Shown in pieces: positions 9,686 to 18,272 of a stretch of DNA of 64,000 nt; position 1 is the first letter of the stretch; the number at the start of each line of letters is the position of its first letter. This stretch comes from Flavobacterium sp. GTDB taxonomy: Bacteria; Bacteroidota; Bacteroidia; Flavobacteriales; Flavobacteriaceae. A model generated the notes under the pieces. That model was given only the letters and a program-made list of their open reading frames with translations, was not told the DNA's origin and did no database searches. The translations under genes were made by a program, and so were the position numbers. The stretch spans positions 2,335-66,334 of the forward strand of contig JBFYPW010000001.1 in assembly GCA_041303115.1 (NCBI GenBank). Direction: 5' to 3'.

Positions 9686-9737
9686 GTAAAAATGAAAAGG
9701 CATAAGGTAAAAGTAATGTATGCTAATTAATTGCTGC

Positions 9738-9781
9738 TTTCCACTTTTGACATTTCACTTTTGACTTTTGACTTTCCACTT
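9738..9781. repeat. Degenerate 7-bp tandem repeats (CTTTTGA/CTTTCCA)
   Basis: ctttccacttttgacatttcacttttgacttttgactttccact. Confidence 0.7.
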
Positions 9782-9822
9782 GGCACATTAATTCCCTATC
9801 TTTGCAAAAAAAACAAAACCTC

Positions 9823-10872
9823 ATGTTAGAAAATAAAGATCAAAAAACAACGAGCATTGCCAGTTTAGGTGAGTTCGGATTAATTGAACATTTAACCAAA
9901 CACTTTAAAGTGAATCAAAAAAGCACAATTAAAAGTATTGGTGACGATGCCGCTGTTTTAGACTTTGCAGGCAAAAAAGCAGTAATTTCTACCGATTTAT
10001 TAGTAGAAGGTGTGCATTTTGATTTAAGCTATATGCCTTTAAAACATTTGGGATACAAAGCAATTGTCTCAAATATTTCTGACATTTGTGCGATGAATGC
10101 AATTCCTACTCAGGTTACCGTTTCGGTGGCAGTTTCTAATCGTTTTCCGTTAGAAGCAATGGAAGAACTTTTTGCAGGAATTACTTTAGCCGCCAACGCC
10201 TATAATGTAGATGTAATTGGCGGCGACACCACATCTTCTCAAAAAGGATTAATTATCAGTATAACAGCTATTGGCGAGGCGAATTTAGAAGAAATAACCT
10301 ACAGAAACGGCGCACAACAAACTGATTTATTAGTTGTTTCTGGCGATTTAGGCGCTGCTTATATGGGTTTACAAGTTTTGGAAAGAGAAAAACAAGTGTT
10401 TCAAGTCAATCCAAATAACCAACCTATTTTAGACGATTATACTTATTTAATTGAACGTCAATTGAAGCCAGAAGCCAGAAATGACGTGAAAGAGTTGTTA
10501 GAAAAATTAGAAGTAAAACCTACCGCTATGATTGATATTTCAGACGGATTGTCTTCTGAAATTATGCATATTTGTAAGCAGAGTAAATTAGGTTGTAATG
10601 TGTACGAAGATAAAATTCCTGTTGACCCACAATTAATAAATGTGTGCGAAGAATTTAATGTAGATATTACCACAATTGCCTTAAATGGCGGAGAAGACTA
10701 CGAATTGCTTTTCACAATAAAAATGGACGATTTCGAAAAATTAAAACACAATCCTAATTTTACCATCATTGGACATATGGTTGCGGAAAGCGAAGGCATG
10801 CACTTGGTAACTCGTGCCAACACAAAAATTGAACTAAAAGCCAGAGGGTGGAATGCTTTAAACGAGAAATAA
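9823..10872 (+). CDS. thiL: Thiamine-monophosphate kinase
   Basis: GEFGLI, IGDDAA, STDLLVEGVHF, GGDT, DISDGL, GGEDYELLFT. Start ATG 9823 lies after the TATCTTTG promoter box at 9797-9804. Confidence 0.95.
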   Translation: MLENKDQKTTSIASLGEFGLIEHLTKHFKVNQKSTIKSIGDDAAVLDFAGKKAVISTDLLVEGVHFDLSYMPLKHLGYKAIVSNISDICAMNAIPTQVTVSVAVSNRFPLEAMEELFAGITLAANAYNVDVIGGDTTSSQKGLIISITAIGEANLEEITYRNGAQQTDLLVVSGDLGAAYMGLQVLEREKQVFQVNPNNQPILDDYTYLIERQLKPEARNDVKELLEKLEVKPTAMIDISDGLSSEIMHICKQSKLGCNVYEDKIPVDPQLINVCEEFNVDITTIALNGGEDYELLFTIKMDDFEKLKHNPNFTIIGHMVAESEGMHLVTRANTKIELKARGWNALNEK

Positions 10873-11013
10873 GATGCATTCAAAACATAGAATTTTTATT
10901 AAAACATTAAAATAATTAATAATATTCATAATAATTATAAATGTTTTTTGATAAATTAAAGATCGGTTTCTGTATGTTTAATTTACTATTTTTGTTAATT
11001 AAACTAAAAAACT

Positions 11014-11943
11014 ATGAAAAAAATTATTTTATTATTAACCTGTTTTGCATACTTACAAATAGGTTACTCTCAAGATTATGTTGATATTGTTAAGTTTTCA
11101 ACCAATAATACAACATTAGGAAACATACAAGAAGCAAATCAAACAAACGCAAACAAAAACTTTGAAACAAGCGTTAACAATGTCAATTTTGAATTGTACT
11201 ATCCTAAAAAACTATCTGAAAAATTGGTTTTATTAACTGGTTTAACTACAGAAAATACAAGATTAAATTTGTCTAAAGGAGCAGATAGAACTAGTTTAAC
11301 AATGACCCGTTTAAATTTGGGATTTAAATACCAACACTCAGAAAAATGGTCTGGAACGTATGTATTATTACCAAAAATTGCTTCAGATTTTAATGCGATT
11401 GGGTCTAACGACTTTCAAATTGGAGCTTTAGCTGTTTTAGATTATCAATATAGTGAATCATACAAAATTAAATTTGGTATGTACAGTTCAACAGAAAATC
11501 ACGGCTCTACGCTAACGCCTTTAATTGGAATGTGGCACCGTTCTAAAAATAATAAATTTTACATAAACGCTACGCTTCCTATTCGTATGGATGCTAATTA
11601 TTCGTTAACTAAAAACCTAAGTATAGGATCCGATTTATTAACGTCTATCAAGTCTTATAACTTATCAGAATTTAAATCTAATTTTTATGTTCAGGAGGAA
11701 TCCATTCGATTTGCTTTATACACCGCATTAGGATTAATGGATAACTCATTAATTTTAAGAGGTAAATTAGGATTAGATACTACTGATTACGGAGTTTTTA
11801 ATGCCAACGAAAAAGTTGGTGTACAAGTATTAACATTTCCACTAAGTGGAGACAAAAGAAATAGATTGAATGCTGAATTTGATTCATCATTGTATGTAGG
11901 ATTTGATGCAATTTATAGATTTGATTTGACAAAAAATAAATAA
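11014..11943 (+). CDS. Outer membrane beta-barrel protein (DUF6268-like)
   Basis: Signal peptide, amphipathic beta strands, near-terminal YRF. Confidence 0.6.
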   Translation: MKKIILLLTCFAYLQIGYSQDYVDIVKFSTNNTTLGNIQEANQTNANKNFETSVNNVNFELYYPKKLSEKLVLLTGLTTENTRLNLSKGADRTSLTMTRLNLGFKYQHSEKWSGTYVLLPKIASDFNAIGSNDFQIGALAVLDYQYSESYKIKFGMYSSTENHGSTLTPLIGMWHRSKNNKFYINATLPIRMDANYSLTKNLSIGSDLLTSIKSYNLSEFKSNFYVQEESIRFALYTALGLMDNSLILRGKLGLDTTDYGVFNANEKVGVQVLTFPLSGDKRNRLNAEFDSSLYVGFDAIYRFDLTKNK

Positions 11944-11965
11944 TACTACACATCTTATTAAAGAT

Positions 11966-11999
11966 AATACCTGATAGATTTTAATATTTATCAGGTATT
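11966..11999. terminator. Bidirectional terminator between convergent genes; degenerate REP-like hairpin
   Basis: AATACCTGATAGATTTTAATATTTATCAGGTATT inverted repeat. Confidence 0.7.
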
Positions 12000-12001
12000 T
12001 T

Positions 12002-12481
12002 TTATAGTAGTTCCTGTTCTCCCGTTTCGTAAAAGGTATCGATATTTAATTTTTGTTGTTGCGAAGCCATCACGGCCAATTCGTCACAACGTTCGTTTTG
12101 AGGATGATTATTGTGACCTTTAATCCACATAAATTTGACCTGATGTTGTCTGTAAATTTTTAAAAAGCGCAGCCATAAATCGGGGTTTTTTTTGTCTTTG
12201 AAGTATTTCTTCTCCCAGCCAAATACCCAACCTTTTTCTACCGAATCTACAACATATTTAGAGTCTGATACTACCAAAACAGTGGTTTTAGGCGATTTCA
12301 ATTTTTCTAAACCTACTATTACGGCTAATAATTCCATTCTGTTATTAGTAGTATGTCTGAATCCTTCAAAAAATTCTTTTTTATAAGGCGAACCCACCAT
12401 TTCCATTACTACACCATAACCCCCTGGACCTGGATTTCCTTTGGCAGCGCCATCTGTATATATGTGAACTTGGTAGGGCAT
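12002..12481 (-). CDS. rnhA: Ribonuclease HI
   Basis: IYTDGAAKGNPGPGGYG, TTNNRMEL, SDSKYV, NPDLW, WIKGH...NERCD. Confidence 0.96.
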   Translation of the reverse strand: MPYQVHIYTDGAAKGNPGPGGYGVVMEMVGSPYKKEFFEGFRHTTNNRMELLAVIVGLEKLKSPKTTVLVVSDSKYVVDSVEKGWVFGWEKKYFKDKKNPDLWLRFLKIYRQHQVKFMWIKGHNNHPQNERCDELAVMASQQQKLNIDTFYETGEQELL

Positions 12482-12521
12482 TTTGGTTTTTGGTTTATGG
12501 TTTATGGTTTATGGTTTATGG
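12482..12521. repeat. 7-bp tandem repeat (TTTATGG x4 plus 2 degenerate units)
   Basis: tttgg tttttgg tttatgg tttatgg tttatgg tttatgg. Confidence 0.9.
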
Positions 12522-12906
12522 CAAAACTACGAATTCTTAAAAATATTGAATAAATAATTAGAATTGAATAAATTAATATAGTAATTATTAATCCATTATC
12601 AATCAATCCAATATTTTTAAAACCATCTTGCATTATTGTACAAAACAAGAGTGATAATATAAAAAGAGTTGATAAAAACCAATTCGTTTTAACTTTAAAT
12701 AAAGCTAATAAACAAAAACCTATAAAAAAACTTATTATAAAATTTAATAAAAAAACACTAATTCCTGTTATGTCATATGCCCATCCAATTGTCTTATTAA
12801 AAGAATAAATTTCAGTTTGTTTTTCAAATTCTATAAGAAAAAAGCAAGGCAAAATTGACAAAAGATACATTTTAGTTTCAAAAATGTGTTTGCCTTTATC
12901 TATCAT
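12502..12906 (-). CDS. Hypothetical membrane protein (~4 TM)
   Basis: Hydrophobic 134-aa ORF, very AT-rich, between purN and rnhA. Confidence 0.6.
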   Translation of the reverse strand: MIDKGKHIFETKMYLLSILPCFFLIEFEKQTEIYSFNKTIGWAYDITGISVFLLNFIISFFIGFCLLALFKVKTNWFLSTLFILSLLFCTIMQDGFKNIGLIDNGLIITILIYSILIIYSIFLRIRSFAINHKP

Positions 12907-12921
12907 AAAAATATGTTAAGA

Positions 12922-12948
12922 CCTGACAGGTTTTAAAAATCTGTCAGG
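12922..12948. repeat. REP-like palindrome CCTGACAGGTTTTAAAAATCTGTCAGG
   Basis: Inverted repeat whose arms are themselves near-palindromic; resembles the CCTGTCAGG-type extragenic repeats of Bacteroidota. Confidence 0.65.
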
Positions 12949-12952
12949 GATG

Positions 12953-13513
12953 TTATTGTATTAAATTCTCAATCACTTTCGGGAAATGTTCCATTTCCAA
13001 TTCGTGAATTTTTTGGGCGATTTCTTCTGCTGAAATACAACTTTCTATATTTACGTTGGCTTGAAAAATAAATTCACCTTCATCAAAATATTCATTTACA
13101 TAATGTACTGTGATTCCTGTTTCCTTTTCTTTATTTTCTATAACTGCTTGATGTACGTGCATACCATACATCCCTTTTCCGCCATAATTAGGCAACAACG
13201 CGGGATGAATATTAATTACTTTATTCGGAAATTCGTTAATAATATGAATGGGGAATTTTAATAAAAAACCTGCCAAAACAATTAAATCAGGTTGCAATTG
13301 CTTTAGCTGATTTAAAACGATATTATCTGAAAGTGCTGATTTATTGAAAACAAAAGTAGAAACTTTAAATTTTTTTGCTCTTTCGATTACATTAGCTTCA
13401 GAATTGTTAGAAAATACACCAACAACTGAAACAGCATTTGACACATCAAAATATGCCATAATATTTTCGGCATTAGAACCATTTCCGGAAGCAAAAAGCA
13501 CAATTTTCTTCAT
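12953..13513 (-). CDS. purN: Phosphoribosylglycinamide formyltransferase
   Basis: FASGNGSNA, LAGFL, NIHPALLP, ETGITVHYV. Confidence 0.95.
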   Translation of the reverse strand: MKKIVLFASGNGSNAENIMAYFDVSNAVSVVGVFSNNSEANVIERAKKFKVSTFVFNKSALSDNIVLNQLKQLQPDLIVLAGFLLKFPIHIINEFPNKVINIHPALLPNYGGKGMYGMHVHQAVIENKEKETGITVHYVNEYFDEGEFIFQANVNIESCISAEEIAQKIHELEMEHFPKVIENLIQ

Positions 13514-13757
13514 TTCAATCTGTTTTTTTTAATTTATCATAGTATTAAACCATATAAATATCACACAAAAGTATAAATTCATTTAGGTTTAATGGCAAAA
13601 ATTAAAAGAAATTAAAAAATATTTTAAATGAAAAGCATAGAGAATTAGGCTATTTTAAGTTTTTTTTATACATTCGTGGTTATATTTACTAACAAAAATG
13701 TTGTTTTAAAATAAAGTTTTTTATTTTTGCCAACAAATAAATTAAAAATTAAAAATT

Positions 13758-13994
13758 ATGTCAGACATTGCATCAAGAGTAAAAGCGATTATCGTGGACA
13801 AATTAGGTGTTGACGAAAACGAAGTAGTAACAGAAGCAAGCTTCACTAACGATTTAGGTGCTGATTCATTAGACACTGTAGAGCTTATTATGGAATTCGA
13901 AAAAGAATTTGATATTCAAATTCCAGACGACCAAGCTGAAAACATTGCTACTGTAGGTCAAGCAATTTCTTACATCGAAGAAGCTAAGAAATAA
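13758..13994 (+). CDS. acpP: Acyl carrier protein
   Basis: [14 protein letters not shown] phosphopantetheine site. Confidence 0.98.
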   Translation: MSDIASRVKAIIVDKLGVDENEVVTEASFTNDLGADSLDTVELIMEFEKEFDIQIPDDQAENIATVGQAISYIEEAKK

Positions 13995-14002
13995 TAACCT
14001 TT

Positions 14003-14040
14003 CATCCGTATAATTTATTTTATACGGATGTTGTTATTTT
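14003..14040 (+). terminator. Hairpin after acpP (terminator or stabilising stem)
   Basis: CATCCGTATAA...TTATACGGATG followed by a T-rich tract. Confidence 0.6.
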
Positions 14041-14185
14041 TTGTTTCTGTTTTTAAAAATCTTTGTTTAGATTTGTAAAAACATTGATTGTATTACAATC
14101 ATTCACATAAGACATTTATGTAATACCCAATGTTGATATTTAATTATGAAGCATTGGGTTTTTCTATATAACTAAAAAATAATTT

Positions 14186-15439
14186 ATGCAATTAAAACGT
14201 GTAGTGGTAACAGGACTTGGAGCACTTACTCCAATTGGAAATAATATTCAAGAATATTGGAACGCCTTAATTAGCGGTAAAAGCGGTGCGGCTCCAATTA
14301 CATATTATGATACCGAAAAACATAAAACGAAATTTGCTTGTGAAGTAAAAAACTTCAATATCGAAGATTTTATCGATAGAAAAGAAGCAAGACGTATGGA
14401 TAAATTTGCACAATACGCTATAGTTGCTGGTGAACAAGCTATTGCTGATGCAGGCATTTTGGAATCAAATGTAAATAAGCAAAGAGTTGGTGTAATTTGG
14501 GGTGCTGGTATTGGTGGTTTAGAAACGTTTCAAGAAGAAGTTCTAAGTTATGCTAAAGGTGACGGAACACCTCGTTTTAACCCGTTCTTTATTCCTAAAA
14601 TGATTGCCGATATTGCTCCTGCTCATATTTCTATGAGAAATGGCTTTATGGGTCCAAACTACACAACAGTTTCTGCTTGTGCTTCTTCAGCTAATGCCAT
14701 GATTGACGCTTTTAACTACATTCGTTTAGGAATGTGTGATGTAATTGTATCTGGAGGTTCGGAAGCGGCGGTAACTATTGCAGGAATGGGTGGATTTAAC
14801 TCTATGCAAGCGTTATCTACAAGAAATGATTCGCCAGAAACGGCTTCAAGGCCATTTGATGCTAACAGAGATGGCTTTGTTTTAGGTGAAGGTGCAGGTG
14901 CTTTAGTTTTTGAGGAATACGAACATGCAAAAGCACGTGGTGCAAAAATATATTGTGAAGTTGGCGGTGGCGGAATGTCATCTGATGCGTATCACTTAAC
15001 TGCTCCACATCCAGAAGGAATTGGAGTGATTGCAGTAATGGAAAATACATTACGTGATGCCGGCATGAAACCTGAAGAAGTAGATCACATCAATACTCAC
15101 GGAACGTCTACGCCATTAGGTGATGTTGCAGAATTAAAAGCAATTAGTCATGTTTTTGGAGCACACGCTAAAAATATAAATATCAATTCTACAAAATCAA
15201 TGACGGGACACTTGTTAGGAGCAGCTGGAGCGATTGAGGCAATTGCTTCTATTTTAGCAATGAAACACAGTCTTGTTCCTCCAACAATAAACCACACCAC
15301 AGTTGATGAAAATATTGATCCGTCATTAAACTTGACTTTAAACACGCCTCAAAAAAGAGAAATTAAAGTGGCAATGAGTAATACTTTTGGATTTGGTGGA
15401 CATAATGCTTGTGTGCTTTTCAAAAAATTAGAAGAATAA
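14186..15439 (+). CDS. fabF: 3-oxoacyl-ACP synthase II
   Basis: RVVVTGLG, SACAS catalytic Cys, HGTSTPLGD, KSMTGHLLGAAG, SNTFGFGG. Confidence 0.97.
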   Translation: MQLKRVVVTGLGALTPIGNNIQEYWNALISGKSGAAPITYYDTEKHKTKFACEVKNFNIEDFIDRKEARRMDKFAQYAIVAGEQAIADAGILESNVNKQRVGVIWGAGIGGLETFQEEVLSYAKGDGTPRFNPFFIPKMIADIAPAHISMRNGFMGPNYTTVSACASSANAMIDAFNYIRLGMCDVIVSGGSEAAVTIAGMGGFNSMQALSTRNDSPETASRPFDANRDGFVLGEGAGALVFEEYEHAKARGAKIYCEVGGGGMSSDAYHLTAPHPEGIGVIAVMENTLRDAGMKPEEVDHINTHGTSTPLGDVAELKAISHVFGAHAKNININSTKSMTGHLLGAAGAIEAIASILAMKHSLVPPTINHTTVDENIDPSLNLTLNTPQKREIKVAMSNTFGFGGHNACVLFKKLEE

Positions 15440-15443
15440 CTTC

Positions 15444-16193
15444 ATGCGTCGCATTTTAAATAAAATATTGAAAAAATCCCCTTCTTCTAATCAAGACGGG
15501 GTTTTTTTTGAAAAAATTACCAAAATATTGGGCTTCAAACCCAATACAGAAATTTATTACAAACATGCCTTTACACATCGTTCTTCTAACCAAACCGATG
15601 AAAACGGATTTCCAATTAGTTACGAACGTTTAGAGTTTTTAGGCGACGCCATGTTAGGGAGTGTAATTGCTGCTCATTTATATAAAAAAGTACCAACAGG
15701 CGACGAAGGCTATTTAACAAAAATGCGCTCTAAAATTGTAAGTAGAGATCATTTAAATGAATTAGGAAAAGATTTTAACTTAGTACAGTTTATTGAAAGC
15801 AAAGTGAGTCCAACTCATTTTGGGGATAATATTCATGGAAATTTATGCGAAGCTTTCATTGGAGCCATTTACTTAGATAAAGGCTATCCGTATTGTGAGA
15901 AATTTATACAAGAAAAAATCATCCAACAATATGTAGATATTGAGCGTTTAGAAGGAAAAGTAATTAGCTATAAAAGTTTGATTATCGAATGGTGTCAGAA
16001 AGAAAAAATTACTTTCAAATTTGATATTTTTGAAGATGATGGTAAAGAAGGCGTGAAATACTTTGGTGTGAAATTACTAATGGACAATCAGGTAATTAGC
16101 AAAGCCAGAGCCACTTCGAAGAAAAAAGCAGAAGAAACAGCTGCAAAAAGAGCTTTTTTTGCTTTACAAGATAAAATTGAAAACAAATCCTAA
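15444..16193 (+). CDS. rnc: Ribonuclease III
   Basis: AFTHRS, ERLEFLGDA signature, EAFIGAIYLD, C-terminal dsRBD (SKKKAEE.AA). Confidence 0.96.
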   Translation: MRRILNKILKKSPSSNQDGVFFEKITKILGFKPNTEIYYKHAFTHRSSNQTDENGFPISYERLEFLGDAMLGSVIAAHLYKKVPTGDEGYLTKMRSKIVSRDHLNELGKDFNLVQFIESKVSPTHFGDNIHGNLCEAFIGAIYLDKGYPYCEKFIQEKIIQQYVDIERLEGKVISYKSLIIEWCQKEKITFKFDIFEDDGKEGVKYFGVKLLMDNQVISKARATSKKKAEETAAKRAFFALQDKIENKS

Positions 16194-16302
16194 ATTTTTT
16201 TATCAACTACAACGTTTGAATTAAAAATTTAATAGTTTAGAAACCTTTTTTACTACAATTTAATAATTTTTACTCCTATCTTTACGATTATTAAAAAAAT
16301 AA

Positions 16303-16773
16303 ATGGCAAATCTTAAACTTACATTCGACGATTTTGAATCAAATGATTTTGAGTTACTTGCGATACATTCTAATTTAAAAGATTTTAAATTAACCTTTTT
16401 AATAAACTTAAAATTGAATGTTTTGATGGCAAAAAATGATAACGAAATTTCTATAAAATCTTCTAACGGAACGGGAAAGTTTTCAAGATTTAGTTATGAT
16501 GATTATAACCAAGATATAACTTGGGAACTCATTAAAAATCAAACCAATTTTAATTCAAACCAAAATAATACGGGTTTCTTTTCTGAGGATAATATTACAT
16601 TGAATTTAATTCCAGAATTAAAAACAGCCGATTATTTATTAAAAATAGACAATATAGATTCAAGCTTTAAAAGCGAAGAAGTTATTCAAAAAATAAGTAC
16701 TATACAAAATGTTTCTACTATTTATAAAGTAGATACATCTAATTTAAAATCGATAAACAATTTAATTTTTTAA
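16303..16773 (+). CDS. IPExxxVDY family protein
   Basis: LIPELKTADY motif; position between rnc and pyk typical of Bacteroidota. Confidence 0.8.
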   Translation: MANLKLTFDDFESNDFELLAIHSNLKDFKLTFLINLKLNVLMAKNDNEISIKSSNGTGKFSRFSYDDYNQDITWELIKNQTNFNSNQNNTGFFSEDNITLNLIPELKTADYLLKIDNIDSSFKSEEVIQKISTIQNVSTIYKVDTSNLKSINNLIF

Positions 16774-16775
16774 AT

Positions 16776-18206
16776 ATGCATACAACAAAAAAAACAAAAA
16801 TTGTTGCCACATTAGGTCCTGCTTGTAGTAGCAAAGAAGTTATTAAAAAAATGATTGACGCTGGAGTTAATGTTTTTAGAATTAACTTTTCTCACGCAGA
16901 TTATACCGATGTAAAAGAAAGAATAGATATTATCCGCGAATTAAATGCCGAATTTGGCTATACCACTTCTATTTTAGCCGATTTACAAGGACCAAAATTA
17001 CGCGTTGGTGTAATGAAAGAAGATGTAATGGTGCATCCTGGAGATATTATTACTTTCCAAACTTCAGAAGATGTTCCCGGAACTGTAAACAGAGTTTACA
17101 TGAACTATAAAGAATTTCCTAAAGATGTAAATCCTGGAGAAAGAATTCTTTTAGATGATGGAAAACTTATGTTTGAAGCCATTGAAACCAATAGAGTTGA
17201 CGAAGTTGTTTGTAAAGTAATTCAAGGCGGACCTTTAAAATCTAAAAAAGGAGTAAATTTACCTAACACAAAAGTATCGCTTCCTGCTTTAACAGTAAAA
17301 GATATTAAAGACGCGATTTTTGCTTGTGAAAACAAAGTAGATTGGATGGCACTTTCGTTTGTTAGAACTAAAGAAGATATTAAAGATTTACAAGATTTAA
17401 TTGCAGAACATTCTGAACATAAAATTCCAATTGTAGCCAAAATTGAAAAACCGGAAGCAGTTGAAAATATAGACGAAATTGTAATTGCTTGTGATGGTTT
17501 AATGGTAGCTCGTGGTGATTTAGGTGTTGAAGTACCTGCACAAGAAGTTCCATTAATTCAGAAAAAACTAATTTTAAAAGCAAAATTAGCGCGAATTCCA
17601 GTAATTGTGGCTACTCAAATGATGGAAACCATGATTACCAGCTTAACGCCTACAAGAGCAGAGGTAAATGATGTAGCCAACTCGGTTATGGATGGTGCAG
17701 ATGCCGTAATGCTTTCTGGCGAAACTTCTGTTGGAAATTATCCAGTTCAAGTTATCGAAACCATGACAAGTATTATTGAAAGTGTAGAAGACTCTCCGCT
17801 TATTAATGTACCTCATATTGCGCCAACAAAAAGAAACGATAGATATATCACTAAATCTATTTGTTTTAATGCAGCAGGTATGGCAGATACTATTAATGCA
17901 AAAGCGGTTACTACATTAACAAATAGTGGCTATACCGCTTTTCAAATTTCAGCTTGGCGACCTCACGCACACATTTTAGTGTTTACTTCAAACGAACGAA
18001 TTTTAACCCAATTAAATTTACTTTGGGGCGTAAGAGCATTTTTTTACGATAAATTTACAAGTACAGATGATACTATTGACGACATCAATAAAATTTGTAA
18101 AGAAAAAAAATACGTTAGAAAAGGCGACATGGTAATTAATCTTGCCTCTATGCCGATTGCTAACAAAGGAATGGTAAATACCTTAAGAATTTCTGAAATT
18201 GAATAA
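16776..18206 (+). CDS. pyk: Pyruvate kinase
   Basis: KTKIVATLGP, RINFSH, DLQGPKLR, AKIE, MVARGDLGVE, ATQMMETM, MLSGET. Confidence 0.98.
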   Translation: MHTTKKTKIVATLGPACSSKEVIKKMIDAGVNVFRINFSHADYTDVKERIDIIRELNAEFGYTTSILADLQGPKLRVGVMKEDVMVHPGDIITFQTSEDVPGTVNRVYMNYKEFPKDVNPGERILLDDGKLMFEAIETNRVDEVVCKVIQGGPLKSKKGVNLPNTKVSLPALTVKDIKDAIFACENKVDWMALSFVRTKEDIKDLQDLIAEHSEHKIPIVAKIEKPEAVENIDEIVIACDGLMVARGDLGVEVPAQEVPLIQKKLILKAKLARIPVIVATQMMETMITSLTPTRAEVNDVANSVMDGADAVMLSGETSVGNYPVQVIETMTSIIESVEDSPLINVPHIAPTKRNDRYITKSICFNAAGMADTINAKAVTTLTNSGYTAFQISAWRPHAHILVFTSNERILTQLNLLWGVRAFFYDKFTSTDDTIDDINKICKEKKYVRKGDMVINLASMPIANKGMVNTLRISEIE

Positions 18207-18224
18207 CAAACTATTTTAAAATAT

Positions 18225-18261
18225 AAAATCCCAAATTCAATTAAGAATTTGGGATTTTTTT
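18225..18261. terminator. Bidirectional intrinsic terminator (pyk / T9SS protein)
   Basis: AAAATCCCAAATTC...GAATTTGGGATTTTTTT. Confidence 0.8.
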
Positions 18262-18272
18262 ATGCCTTTTTA

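Noticed and set aside
9686-9822. TPP riboswitch upstream of thiL
   Set aside because: No GCTGAGA or other TPP aptamer core; the promoter box is only 18 nt from the ATG and the region consists of short repeats
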